Of a stretch of DNA of 44,766 bases, positions 8,064 through 17,050 are shown in pieces. The stretch is from IMG/VR virus record IMGVR_UViG_3300037511_000572. One strand, given 5' to 3'. Below the pieces are notes generated by a model, which saw only the letters and a list, made by a program, of their open reading frames with translations, made no database searches and was not told the DNA's origin. The position numbers and the translations under genes are program-made. The stretch's first letter is position 1. Each line of letters opens with the position of its first letter. The stretch comes from a virus.

Positions 8064-9008
8064 ATGAAGAAGAAGCCGGGACAGATTGACCTCCTGGACA
8101 GCGTCGAGCTGGCCGAGGCGGTCGCGTCGGGGAACATCGACTCCGACAGGGGCATCATCAAGGATGTCGTGCTCATGACGGGCGACAAGGTCTCGAAGAA
8201 CCGGACCAAGTACCTGCGCACGGCCCTGGAGCAGGCGCAGACCCGCTACGAGGGGGCCAAGATGTTCCTGGACCACCCGCGGCAGGACGACCTCCAGGCG
8301 CGCAGGGGCGCGCGCTCGGTGCGCGACCTCGGCGGGGTCTACCGGAACGTCCGGCTCAGCGAGGGCGCGCAGCCCAAGCTGGTCGGCGACCTGCACCTCA
8401 TGGAGCACAACAAGCACATCACGCTTTCGATCGCGAAGAACCCGCCCAAGGACACCGGGCTGAGCCTGCGCGACCGGGGCCTCGTGAGGGAGGAGAAGGG
8501 CGTGACCCTCGTCGAGGGCTTCGAGGGCGACGACTACAGCGTCGACTTCGTGGTCACGGCGTCCCTCAACAAGAGCCTGTTCGAATCTGCCCAACCGGGC
8601 GAAGGAGGAGGTGAACAAGAAATGGACCTGACGAAACTGACGATGGAGGACCTCAAGGCCGGCCGCAAGGACCTGGTCGAGGCGATCCAGAAGGAAGCGA
8701 CCGACGGACTGCGCAAGCAGCTCGAGGAGGCCGGGGTGAAGAGCCTGGCCGCCGACAAGCTGGTGGCGCTGGCAGAGAGCGCGATGGCCCCCGAGTTCAA
8801 GGAGGCCGTGCGCCCCGCGGTCATGGCAGCGGCCACCCTCGAGGAGGCCAAGAAGGTCATCCTCGCCCAGGAGGGCCTGTTCAAGAGCATGCAGAAGCCG
8901 GCCGGCAAGGACGGCAAGGAGCCCGCGGTGACCACGCAGGGCGCGCGAGTGGAGGAAGTGACCGAAGGCGCGACCAACGACGCCGCGTTCTTGGGCGCGT
9001 TCAAGTAA
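8064..9008 (+). CDS. Scaffolding protein, possibly fused to a prohead protease domain
   Basis: Position between the Mu-F-like protein and the capsid genes. Helical, charged, Ala/Glu/Lys-rich C-terminal half. Any protease role for the N-terminal domain is unverified. Confidence 0.5.
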   Translation: MKKKPGQIDLLDSVELAEAVASGNIDSDRGIIKDVVLMTGDKVSKNRTKYLRTALEQAQTRYEGAKMFLDHPRQDDLQARRGARSVRDLGGVYRNVRLSEGAQPKLVGDLHLMEHNKHITLSIAKNPPKDTGLSLRDRGLVREEKGVTLVEGFEGDDYSVDFVVTASLNKSLFESAQPGEGGGEQEMDLTKLTMEDLKAGRKDLVEAIQKEATDGLRKQLEEAGVKSLAADKLVALAESAMAPEFKEAVRPAVMAAATLEEAKKVILAQEGLFKSMQKPAGKDGKEPAVTTQGARVEEVTEGATNDAAFLGAFK

Positions 9009-9034
9009 CGCAAATCAAAAGGAGGAGCTAGCTC

Positions 9035-9466
9035 ATGGCAGACAAGTACACCTACCGCTCCGGCCCCAAGGACGTCGAGTTCATCCCCGTCGCCTCCGGG
9101 ACCGCGATCGAAATCGGTGACCTTCTGAAGCTGTCCAGCGGAAAGGCAGCCAAGATGGCCACCACGACCGACAACCTCGACTTCTGCGGGGTTGCGGCGG
9201 CCGCTCACCCGGCGACGGACCCCTCGGGGACCATCGCCGTGTACGCGCCGAACCTGAACACCGTGTTCGAGTACACCCTGGACGCCAGCACCGCCATCAC
9301 CTGGGGCGACCGCCTGCAGTACAACGCGGCCAAGACCCTGAAGAAGAGCACCACGGACGGCATCGCGCTGGCCGTGGAGAGCAAGCTCGCGGCCACCACG
9401 GTCCGGGTCAAATTCCTCGTGCCGGCGAAGACGGGCAACACCAACCGTATCGCCGACGCGAGCTAA
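9035..9466 (+). CDS. Head decoration-like protein (DUF2190-like)
   Basis: 143 aa directly upstream of the major capsid gene. G-rich beta pattern (IEIGDLLKLSSGKA ... FCGVAAA ... WGDRLQY) as in DUF2190. Confidence 0.6.
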   Translation: MADKYTYRSGPKDVEFIPVASGTAIEIGDLLKLSSGKAAKMATTTDNLDFCGVAAAAHPATDPSGTIAVYAPNLNTVFEYTLDASTAITWGDRLQYNAAKTLKKSTTDGIALAVESKLAATTVRVKFLVPAKTGNTNRIADAS

Positions 9467-9482
9467 GGGAGGGGACTAGCAC

Positions 9483-10589
9483 ATGAAACTGTTCGCAGTC
9501 AAAGACCTGTACGAGTCCTTCGCCCGGGCCAACGGCGCCGACCGGTCCGACCGGGACCAGCGCCGCGTGAACCGCCTGTTCACCAACAAGGTGATGGGCC
9601 TGGTGAAGGAGAAGAAGCTGGCCCTCACGGACTTCGACTTCCGTGAGCTGTGGGAGGCCCTGGTCGAGGCGCAGGCGTACCGCCTCGGGCAGCCCGTCGA
9701 GGAGACCGTTCACTCCTCGGCGTTCCCGAACATCTCCGGCGAGATTCTCTCCGCCGCGATGATCGAGGGGTACAACGCCTTCCCGACGGACGCCGACGCG
9801 CTCGTGCGCGTGGTCCCGTCGAACATGAAGGTGGAGCTGAGCGCGGGCTGGACCGCGACCGGTGCGATCCGACCGGTCAAGGAGCTCGGGAACTACGAGG
9901 AAATCGAGGCGCCGGACGAGAAGGTCGTGCTGACGGACAACAACAAGCACGGCGGCGTGATGTCTCTCACCCGCGACGCGATCAAGTTCGACAAGACCCA
10001 GAAGCTCGTGCAGAAGGCCAAGGACATCGGCCTCGAGGGCGCGCGGTACCGCTCCCAGCTCATCCTGGAGGGCGTGATCGACAAGAACTCCACCGTCTAC
10101 AACAGGGGGACCCTGTACACCGGCTCCAACCTGAAGACGGGCACGGACAGCGCGCTCGGCACCACGGGCTACGAGGCGTCGGACCTCGCCCTCATGTCGT
10201 TCACCGACGAGCAGAGCAAGCCCATCTGGGTCCTCGGGGACCGGCCGATCGTCATGGTCCCTCCCGCCCTCAAGGCGAAGGCCTGGAAGCTGAAGAACAA
10301 CGAGTACGGCCCGACCGGCACGGCCCTGGGCAACGACAAGAACTACGCGCAGAACGCGTTCGACATCGTGCTCAACCCGTACCAGACCGTCACCACCCGG
10401 TGGCACCACGGCGCGTTCAACCGCCAGTTCGTGTGGTTCGAGGTCTGGCCCGTCGAGACGTACTACCGCCTGGGTCAGGACAGCGACGACGGGTTCTTCC
10501 GGGACGTCGTGGTCTCCACCAAGATCAGCTTCTACGGTGGCGTCGGCGCGCTGGACAACAAGTACGTCATCCAGAACAACGGCGTCTGA
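9483..10589 (+). CDS. Major capsid protein (HK97-fold type)
   Basis: 368 aa with a strong RBS. Canonical position after the scaffold and decoration genes. Confidence 0.8.
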   Translation: MKLFAVKDLYESFARANGADRSDRDQRRVNRLFTNKVMGLVKEKKLALTDFDFRELWEALVEAQAYRLGQPVEETVHSSAFPNISGEILSAAMIEGYNAFPTDADALVRVVPSNMKVELSAGWTATGAIRPVKELGNYEEIEAPDEKVVLTDNNKHGGVMSLTRDAIKFDKTQKLVQKAKDIGLEGARYRSQLILEGVIDKNSTVYNRGTLYTGSNLKTGTDSALGTTGYEASDLALMSFTDEQSKPIWVLGDRPIVMVPPALKAKAWKLKNNEYGPTGTALGNDKNYAQNAFDIVLNPYQTVTTRWHHGAFNRQFVWFEVWPVETYYRLGQDSDDGFFRDVVVSTKISFYGGVGALDNKYVIQNNGV

Positions 10590-10680
10590 TCCCCTAGGAT
10601 CGGGCAAGAACACCCTCCTGCGGGTGCGGTCGATGTCCGGCTGCTGCCGCAGGAGGGAAACGACCAAGGAGGACAGACAG

Positions 10681-11340
10681 ATGAAATTCAAGACGAACAA
10701 GTTCCTGCTCGGGGGCCTGGCTCTGGCCATGGCTCTCTTCCTGTTCGACCGGTCCGCCGTCGGCGTCCGCGCGTACAACGCGGCCGTCTCAACGGTGTTC
10801 CCCGGGGACGTGCAGGTGGACGACCTCAAGCTGGCCGGAAACGACATCCTGGACAGCGGCGGGACGACCCGCATCACCACCGGCGCGACCACCACGCTGA
10901 CCGCCACGACCGTCGCCATCACCGGCAACGCCACCGTGTCCGGGACGCTCGCCGTGACCGGGGCGACCACGCAGACCGGCGCGCAGACGTTCGCCGCGCC
11001 CGTCACGTTCAGCTCCACCACCTACGCGGTGGTCCCGGCGACCGAGACCATCACCGCGGCGGCCACCATCACGGCCGACGCGTGCGGCGGGATCAAGCGC
11101 ATCAGCTCCGCCGGCAGCGTCACGACCAACACCACGAACACGTTCACGGCTCCCAGCTCCTCGAACGCCGGGTGCATCATGCTCCTGGTCAACGTGGGGT
11201 CCAACAACATCGTCCTGGACAACAACGCGCTGTTCGTGTCCGCGGCCGCGGGCGACATCACCGTCACGGCCAACGACGCCCTCATCGTGGCGACGGACGG
11301 GAACAAGTGGTACCAGATCAGCGCGCTGCTCGCCAATTAG
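10681..11340 (+). CDS. Fibre-like Thr/Ala/Gly-rich protein with an N-terminal signal peptide or membrane anchor
   Basis: AAGGAGG RBS. N-terminus MKFKTNKFLLGGLALAMALFLF, then GNATVSGTLAVTGATTQTG-type beta-helix repeats. Confidence 0.6.
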   Translation: MKFKTNKFLLGGLALAMALFLFDRSAVGVRAYNAAVSTVFPGDVQVDDLKLAGNDILDSGGTTRITTGATTTLTATTVAITGNATVSGTLAVTGATTQTGAQTFAAPVTFSSTTYAVVPATETITAAATITADACGGIKRISSAGSVTTNTTNTFTAPSSSNAGCIMLLVNVGSNNIVLDNNALFVSAAAGDITVTANDALIVATDGNKWYQISALLAN

Positions 11341-11350
11341 GAGGCAGGCC

Positions 11351-11752
11351 ATGAAGAAGCTCATCCTCCTGCTGGCGCTGCTCGGGCCCGTTTGGGCGCC
11401 GGCCGTGCTGCGCGCGGACGACGCGGTGTCCATCGGCACGGGGGCCCGGGTCCAGGTGTCGACGTCGACTCCCACCCTGCTCTTCGCGGCCAACCGCTCG
11501 GCCAAGGGCACTAAGATCAAGGTCAACCCGATCGACGGGACCCAGACCGCGGCCTCCGCGGACGCGATCCTGGTCGGGACCTCGTCGAGCGCGTCGGACT
11601 ACTCGACGTCCCTGACCACCGGGACCTTCCGTGTGCACGCCGGGGACAAGTGGTTCGCGCTGGACGGGCCCACGTCGTTCTACCAGGGGCCGCTGTACGG
11701 CCTCGCGGTGTCGACCGGCCCGCTGAACGTCGACAGGCTGCAGACGAAGTAG
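11351..11752 (+). CDS. Small secreted protein (signal peptide)
   Basis: AGGAGG RBS. N-terminus MKKLILLLALLGPVWAPAVLRADDA has a typical Sec cleavage motif. Confidence 0.6.
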   Translation: MKKLILLLALLGPVWAPAVLRADDAVSIGTGARVQVSTSTPTLLFAANRSAKGTKIKVNPIDGTQTAASADAILVGTSSSASDYSTSLTTGTFRVHAGDKWFALDGPTSFYQGPLYGLAVSTGPLNVDRLQTK

Positions 11753-11762
11753 GGAGGGCGCC

Positions 11763-12026
11763 ATGGCGGACACGCAGGTATACTACTCCGGGCTCCTGAG
11801 CACGATCGACGCGCGCATCTCCGCGCTGATCACCAGCCAGGAGGTGGACTACCAGGTCGGCAACGTCCGCGTGTCGGCGAACCAGAAGTTCGAGCAGCTC
11901 ATGAAGATGCGCGAGCACGTCATCAAGCGCATGGCCGAGAAGCCGTACGAGTCGTGGGAGGTCGTGCAGACGGACTTCTCCGCGTTCGGCGAGAACCTCG
12001 GGACGTTCGTGGACGAGAACCCGTGA
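11763..12026 (+). CDS. Hypothetical protein (possible head-tail connector component)
   Basis: 87 aa, located between the capsid and connector genes. Confidence 0.5.
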   Translation: MADTQVYYSGLLSTIDARISALITSQEVDYQVGNVRVSANQKFEQLMKMREHVIKRMAEKPYESWEVVQTDFSAFGENLGTFVDENP

Positions 12027-12394
12027 GCCACAACCTGCCCGGCATGAAGGCCGACATATCCGGCCTCATACAGGACTGGGGAAAGCGCACGATAGTCTCC
12101 AGGCTGAGCGGCACCATGACGGCGAGCAAGAGGTTCTCCGGCTCGTTCGTCAACGTCCTCTCCGGGACGGTCTGGATTCAGCCGGTCATGGACAGCCAGC
12201 AGGGCAGGTTCAAGCGGGACGACTACGGCATCAACGACGAGACCACGCACCTGGCCATAGCCAGGAAGACCCTCCTGGTGAAGGCCTCGGACAAGCTGCT
12301 GCCGTCGGGCGAGTCCTACGAGTACGACGTCCTGGACCTCCAGGAGGACCCGACGCACAACACCATCCAGCTCAGGAGGGTGAAGAGGTCATGA
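12023..12394 (+). CDS. Head-tail adaptor / head closure protein (candidate)
   Basis: GTG overlaps the upstream stop (GTGA); an ATG at 12044 is an alternative start. Size and position match SPP1 gp16-like joining proteins. Confidence 0.5.
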   Translation: MSHNLPGMKADISGLIQDWGKRTIVSRLSGTMTASKRFSGSFVNVLSGTVWIQPVMDSQQGRFKRDDYGINDETTHLAIARKTLLVKASDKLLPSGESYEYDVLDLQEDPTHNTIQLRRVKRS

Positions 12395-12762
12395 GCGACG
12401 GCGCGAGCGTCCTGGGACGGGAGCAGCTGGTCAAGAACATGACCAACTGGAAGGCCGCATTCGTGGCGAAGATAGCCACGCAGGTGGAGATTATCCAGTC
12501 CAAGGTGGTCGACCACGCGCGGGCGGGCCACGGCAAGGGCGCGCACGGGCGAAGCAGGTTCGAGACGCAGACGGGCGGCCTGGAGGAGAGCATCCAGCCT
12601 GGCAAGGTGTACATCACCGAGAGCGTGGTCCGCGGGGTCGTCGAGGCGCGCATGCCGTACGCCAGCTTCGTCGAGGCGCACTACCCGTTCATGGTCCCGG
12701 CGATCGCTGCGCACGGGCAGGAGTTCCGGAACAGGCTGGCCAAGCTGGCGGGGGAGCGCTGA
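12391..12762 (+). CDS. HK97 gp10-family tail/neck component
   Basis: HARAGHGKGAHGRSRFETQTGGLEESI resembles the HK97 gp10 family signature. ATGA overlap with the upstream gene. Confidence 0.65.
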   Translation: MSDGASVLGREQLVKNMTNWKAAFVAKIATQVEIIQSKVVDHARAGHGKGAHGRSRFETQTGGLEESIQPGKVYITESVVRGVVEARMPYASFVEAHYPFMVPAIAAHGQEFRNRLAKLAGER

Positions 12763-12763
12763 C

Positions 12764-13186
12764 ATGCTTACTGTGGAAGAGGCGATCGTCGCAAGGCTAG
12801 CCGCTGACACGACCCTCGCGAACCTGCTGGGGGCGTCTGGCGGGGACGCCAGGATTTACCACGCCCTAGAGGCCATCCAGCCTAAGACGCAGTGCGTGAC
12901 ATACATGCACGTCACGAGCGTGCCGGGCGACATCAACGGCCTGAACGTGGCGGTGCAGGACGAACTGTACGTCTTCAACATATACCACAAGCAGTACGAG
13001 AAGGTCAAGGAGAGGATTTACTCCCTCCTGCAGAACTACCGGTTCCCCACCCCGAGCGACGCCGGCATCAAGTCGTGCGTGTGGGAGTGGGAGGGGCCGG
13101 ACGAGTTCGACGAGCGGCTGCAGGTCGGGCTGAAGAGGGCCCGCTTCCGGCTGTCGGTTGTAAGGTCGGCGCAGGCGCCGGTCTAA
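12764..13186 (+). CDS. Tail terminator / tail completion protein (DUF3168-like)
   Basis: 140 aa immediately upstream of the tube gene. N-terminus VEEAIVARLAADTTLANLLG is typical of DUF3168. Confidence 0.6.
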   Translation: MLTVEEAIVARLAADTTLANLLGASGGDARIYHALEAIQPKTQCVTYMHVTSVPGDINGLNVAVQDELYVFNIYHKQYEKVKERIYSLLQNYRFPTPSDAGIKSCVWEWEGPDEFDERLQVGLKRARFRLSVVRSAQAPV

Positions 13187-13209
13187 AATCCAGGAGGAGG
13201 AATAACAAA

Positions 13210-13971
13210 ATGGGAATCGGATACGCGGAACCGAAGCGACTGCTCCTCGGGCCCGGCGACCTCTACATCGACGACATTTTAGTCGGCCAGGTGAAGGACA
13301 GCGTCGAGGTCAAGTACAACCCGACCTACGCATACCAGCGGCCGGGCAACTCGATCGTCGACGTGAAGGGCGAGCGGACGGCCGAGGAGTTCACGATGAA
13401 GGCGAAGATTTGCGACTTCAAGGTGTCGCAGCTTCGCCGGGCCATGGGCATCAACGAGTCCATCCTGTCGGGCTCCATGACCCTTCGCAAGCAGGAAATC
13501 CTCCAGCTGTCCGGCACCACCAACGTGACCCTGGCCGAGACGGCCGTCGCGGGCACGATGAAGGTGGCGAAGCTGGACCGTGCGACCAACTACGCATCCG
13601 GCACCGACTACTCGGCCACGTCCACCACGATCGCCCGCAAGACGGGCGGCGCCGTGACGTCCGGGCAGTTCGTGATCGTGGAGTACGACTTCAGCGACTC
13701 CGCGGCCAACGGCGTCCGGTTCGGCGGCGAGAAGACGAAGGTCAACACCTTCGAGGTGAACTTCGTCCACAAGCTGTCCAACGGCAAGCTGGTCCAGGTG
13801 ACGATGTACAAGGCCATGTTCATGGGCGACCTGACCCTGGTCTTCGCCGAGAAGTCCAGCGGAAACTACACCCTGCACGAGGCCGAGTTCAAGGCGCTCG
13901 CGGACCTGACCAAGCCGGAGGGGCGCAACCTCGGAGAAATCATCGAGGAAGACCCCACGGCCGCGTCGTAA
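13210..13971 (+). CDS. Major tail (tube) protein
   Basis: 253 aa with RBS GGAGGAGG. Position after the terminator-like protein. Contains the S/T-rich patch YASGTDYSATSTTIARKTGGAVTSG. Confidence 0.7.
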   Translation: MGIGYAEPKRLLLGPGDLYIDDILVGQVKDSVEVKYNPTYAYQRPGNSIVDVKGERTAEEFTMKAKICDFKVSQLRRAMGINESILSGSMTLRKQEILQLSGTTNVTLAETAVAGTMKVAKLDRATNYASGTDYSATSTTIARKTGGAVTSGQFVIVEYDFSDSAANGVRFGGEKTKVNTFEVNFVHKLSNGKLVQVTMYKAMFMGDLTLVFAEKSSGNYTLHEAEFKALADLTKPEGRNLGEIIEEDPTAAS

Positions 13972-14028
13972 GCCGGAAAGATAAACCGAGACGCCGACCC
14001 GCGAGGGCGGAAAGGGAGGATGGAGCCA

Positions 14029-15123
14029 ATGTCAGAGCCCACCCAGAAGTCACTAGTGGAAGAGCAGCTGAAGGACTTGAAGGACGCGGGCCTGCCCGTC
14101 AGCAAGGGCATCCGCACGTTCAAAGACAACCAGCGCAAGACGAGCAAGTTCAACGAGAGGGTCCTAACGTTCTGGCTGCCGCAGTGGGCCAGGCAGGCGG
14201 CGATGAACTTCAAGGACATCTCCGGCGCGCCGAGCATGGGCTGGCTGAGGGCCTCCGCGAAGGGTCTGCCCGTGGTCGTGTGCGGCATCGGGCCGTCGCT
14301 CGACGGGGACCTCGAGACCCTGCGCAAGGCCCAGTCCAACCTCATCATCGTCGCCACCGACGCGGCGGTTCGACCCCTCCTGGCCGCTGGCGTGAAGCCG
14401 CACCTGGCCGTAAACTTCGACTGCAAGCAGAAGCAGCACACCCTCTTCGACGGGCTCAACAGCCTGACGTGGGACATCCCGCTGCTCGCCAACTCGTGCG
14501 CGCACCCGGACATGCTATCGGCCTGGCTCGGCCCGAAGCTCTACTTCAACATGCAGCACTTCGGGGTCGACTTCATGGACGCGGTGCTGCCGAACATCTA
14601 CCCGGAGTTCCAGCCCATGTCCAACCACGGGACCGTCGGCAACTCGGCGATCCTCGTGGCCTACCAGATGGGAGCGCGCCACATCATCCTCTCCGGCATG
14701 GACCTGTGCTACCAGAAGGTCGGCGACGGGTTCAAGTACCGCTGCAGGGACCACGCCTGGCGCGAGGCCGACGAGCAGGCCGGCCTACCAGCGGGCTGGG
14801 TCGAGAAGGAGAACAAGGTCCTCTACGACAACGACGACAGGCTCGCGCACACGTTCGAGGTCAAGGTCAAGGAGCGGGCGTTCCTGGTGGACGACCCACT
14901 CGACCAGTACCGCAAGATGGCCCTCGGGATCATAGGCTCCCTAGGCAACGTCGACGTAGTAGACTGCGCGCCGGACGGGATACTGAAGGCCTCCGGGGTC
15001 CGCGGCATGACGATAGGGGACGCGGTCACGGAGTTCGCGGCGCGCCCCATTGAGCCAGGAGAGGCCACGATTCTGCACCTGCCTCGGCTACTGCCGAGAG
15101 CAAAAGACGCCAAAGGCGCTTAG
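14029..15123 (+). CDS. Maf / MptE-like (DUF115) putative glycosyltransferase
   Basis: VVVCGIGPSLD ... LIIVATDAAVRPLLAAGVKPHLAVNFD ... GTVGNSAILVAYQMGARHIILSGMDLCY matches the DUF115 core. The ATG at 14029 has better RBS spacing than the track start at 14020. Confidence 0.75.
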   Translation: MSEPTQKSLVEEQLKDLKDAGLPVSKGIRTFKDNQRKTSKFNERVLTFWLPQWARQAAMNFKDISGAPSMGWLRASAKGLPVVVCGIGPSLDGDLETLRKAQSNLIIVATDAAVRPLLAAGVKPHLAVNFDCKQKQHTLFDGLNSLTWDIPLLANSCAHPDMLSAWLGPKLYFNMQHFGVDFMDAVLPNIYPEFQPMSNHGTVGNSAILVAYQMGARHIILSGMDLCYQKVGDGFKYRCRDHAWREADEQAGLPAGWVEKENKVLYDNDDRLAHTFEVKVKERAFLVDDPLDQYRKMALGIIGSLGNVDVVDCAPDGILKASGVRGMTIGDAVTEFAARPIEPGEATILHLPRLLPRAKDAKGA

Positions 15124-15133
15124 GAGGAGACAC

Positions 15134-15322
15134 ATGGAAGCGATCAAGGAGACGCCGCCGCCCATCGAGAGCGTGGCCGCGGCGCAGAAGAAGGAGAAGC
15201 TGGTGTTCAACCCCGGGCAGCTCGTGCCGCTCAACGGGGTCTGGTTCCAGATCGAGCGGGTCGAGAAGGAGGGCCTGTTCCTCAAGGCCGTCGGGTTCAC
15301 GAAGAACAGGGGGCGGAAATGA
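15134..15322 (+). CDS. Small hypothetical protein (62 aa) inside the glycosylation cassette
   Basis: AGGAGGAG RBS. Overlaps the next ATG (ATGA). Confidence 0.5.
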   Translation: MEAIKETPPPIESVAAAQKKEKLVFNPGQLVPLNGVWFQIERVEKEGLFLKAVGFTKNRGRK

Positions 15323-16332
15323 ACATCGTACACGTGACCACGACCGACCCCGCCGGCTCGGTCATCAACTTCGTGAACGCGGTCAACCGGCACACGCCGC
15401 ACCGCGCGAGGCTCATCACCACGAACAGGATCGAGGAGTACGACTTCCCGGCCGACCTACACTGGATCATGGACGGGGGCGACGAGATGTTCGCCCTCCT
15501 GGAGCAGGCGGACGTCATCCACCTGCACAAGGTGGACAACGAGTTCGAGCTAGAGGTCGACATGCCCAAGCTCGGCGTAGTCCGCAAGCTGAGCATCGCG
15601 GAGCTCCTCAAGCAGTTCCCGCAGAAGAAAGTGGTCTACCACATCCACGGCCACCCCTACGAGAGGGGCAACGTGGAGGAGAACGCGGCCAACTACAAGG
15701 CCCTCGGCGGGAGGGTGCTTTGCTCGACGCCGGACCTGGAGGAGATGTACAAGCCGCATTACGACGGCGTCCAGTACTTCCCGAACTGCGTGCCGGTGAA
15801 CGACGTGACCTACCTGCCCAGGCCGGTGGACGCGCCGATCCTCGGCTCAGACGGCGTTGCGCGGTACCTGGTCTCGCAGACGCCCACGCACGCGGTCCTG
15901 AAGAACTGCCACGTGATCGAGCAGGCCGTGCGGAACGTGGCAAAGAAGCACCCCGTGGCGTACGACAAGGCCTGGAACCTGCCCCAGCACTTCGCACTCC
16001 GGCGCAAGCGCATCTCCTCGGTGGTGTTCGACCACATCGAGGGGTATTACGGGCTTTCCAGCCTAGAGGGCCTGAGCATGGGCAAGCCCGTCATCGCCGG
16101 CCTGTCCGACTACACCATCTGCTCGATCGCGTCGTTCTTCGGGATCACCCCGCAGGACCTGCCGTGGGTCGTGGCGAGGGACCAGCAGCAGATCGAGGAG
16201 AAGCTGGACCTCCTGTTCAGCGACGAGGCGTACCGGCATGCGGCCGGCAAGGCGTCCCGCAAATTCATGGAGGAGGTCTGGAGTGATCGAGTTATCGGAC
16301 AACGACTGGCCGCATTCTACTCCTCCCTGTAA
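15319..16332 (+). CDS. GT-B fold glycosyltransferase (GT4-like)
   Basis: C-terminal FDHIEGYYGLSSLEGLSMGKPVIAG resembles the GT4 E-x7-E region. About 337 aa with a two-Rossmann-domain layout. Confidence 0.8.
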   Translation: MNIVHVTTTDPAGSVINFVNAVNRHTPHRARLITTNRIEEYDFPADLHWIMDGGDEMFALLEQADVIHLHKVDNEFELEVDMPKLGVVRKLSIAELLKQFPQKKVVYHIHGHPYERGNVEENAANYKALGGRVLCSTPDLEEMYKPHYDGVQYFPNCVPVNDVTYLPRPVDAPILGSDGVARYLVSQTPTHAVLKNCHVIEQAVRNVAKKHPVAYDKAWNLPQHFALRRKRISSVVFDHIEGYYGLSSLEGLSMGKPVIAGLSDYTICSIASFFGITPQDLPWVVARDQQQIEEKLDLLFSDEAYRHAAGKASRKFMEEVWSDRVIGQRLAAFYSSL

Positions 16333-17050
16333 GGGGGAGCCGCCGGCCAACACGGTCGGGATCGTAATCCCCGTCCGCGACGGCCTGAAGTTCCTGAAGC
16401 TGAGCCTGTACTCCGTGCTATACTTCACGCCGCACCCGTACATGCTGACCATCGTGGACAACATGAGTGGGCTGAAGACCAAGAAGTTCATACGGTCATT
16501 CGAGCAGAATCACCCGACGGACGTCCTGCGCTACGACGAGCCGTTCAACTTCGCGGCCCAGGCCAACCTCGGCCTCCGGAACGTGTTCTCCAGGGGGGCG
16601 CAGTTCGGGCTCGTCCTGAACGCGGACACCATCGTCGAGCCGGACTGGCTGGGGCTGCTGGTGGAGCGCATGCTCCAGGTCAAGGAGGCCGGCGCGATCG
16701 GGCCCGTGTCCCAGGTCGGCAACCCGGAGCAGACCCTGCAGGGCAAGCGCGGGGAGCGGCTGATGCAGGTGCGCCGGCTGTCCGGCTTCTGCATGATGGT
16801 CCGCAAGGCCGCGTTCGAGCAGTCCGGCGGGTTCGACGAGTCCTTTGCCGGCGGCGGGTTCGAGGACTGGGACCTGTCGCAGCGACTGCTGGACCTCGGG
16901 TGGAAGCTGCTGGTCGACGAGCGCGTGCTGGTGTGGCACTTCCACAAAGCGTTCCGCAGGTCCCCGGAGCACGACGTGGCCATGCGCACGAACGAGCGGC
17001 GGTTCTTCGAGAAGCACCCGAAGGTCGCGGAGGAGGTGCGCCGTGCATAG
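16283..17050 (+). CDS. GT-A fold glycosyltransferase (GT2 family)
   Basis: GIVIPVRDG, LNAD (DxD-like), GFCMMVRKAAFEQSGGFDE and FEDWDLSQRL motifs. GTG start with GGAGGAGG upstream. Confidence 0.8.
   Translation: MIELSDNDWPHSTPPCKGEPPANTVGIVIPVRDGLKFLKLSLYSVLYFTPHPYMLTIVDNMSGLKTKKFIRSFEQNHPTDVLRYDEPFNFAAQANLGLRNVFSRGAQFGLVLNADTIVEPDWLGLLVERMLQVKEAGAIGPVSQVGNPEQTLQGKRGERLMQVRRLSGFCMMVRKAAFEQSGGFDESFAGGGFEDWDLSQRLLDLGWKLLVDERVLVWHFHKAFRRSPEHDVAMRTNERRFFEKHPKVAEEVRRA

Noticed and set aside
4730-8221. A 1163-aa ORF on the - strand spanning the terminase, portal and Mu-F region
   Set aside because: It is antisense to three well-supported genes. The translation is an Arg/Gly/Pro/Leu-rich low-complexity string, and it has no RBS. 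This is a typical stop-poor off-frame in high-GC DNA.
9408-11021. A 537-aa - strand ORF over the major capsid gene, plus 9650..10597 in an alternative + frame
   Set aside because: Both overlap the capsid gene entirely, have low-complexity Arg/Gly/Val/Asp-rich translations, and lack an RBS.
13410-15053. A 547-aa + strand ORF in an alternative frame across the tube and Maf-like genes
   Set aside because: It is out of frame with two genes that have recognisable motifs. The translation is an Arg/Gly/Pro-rich artefact.
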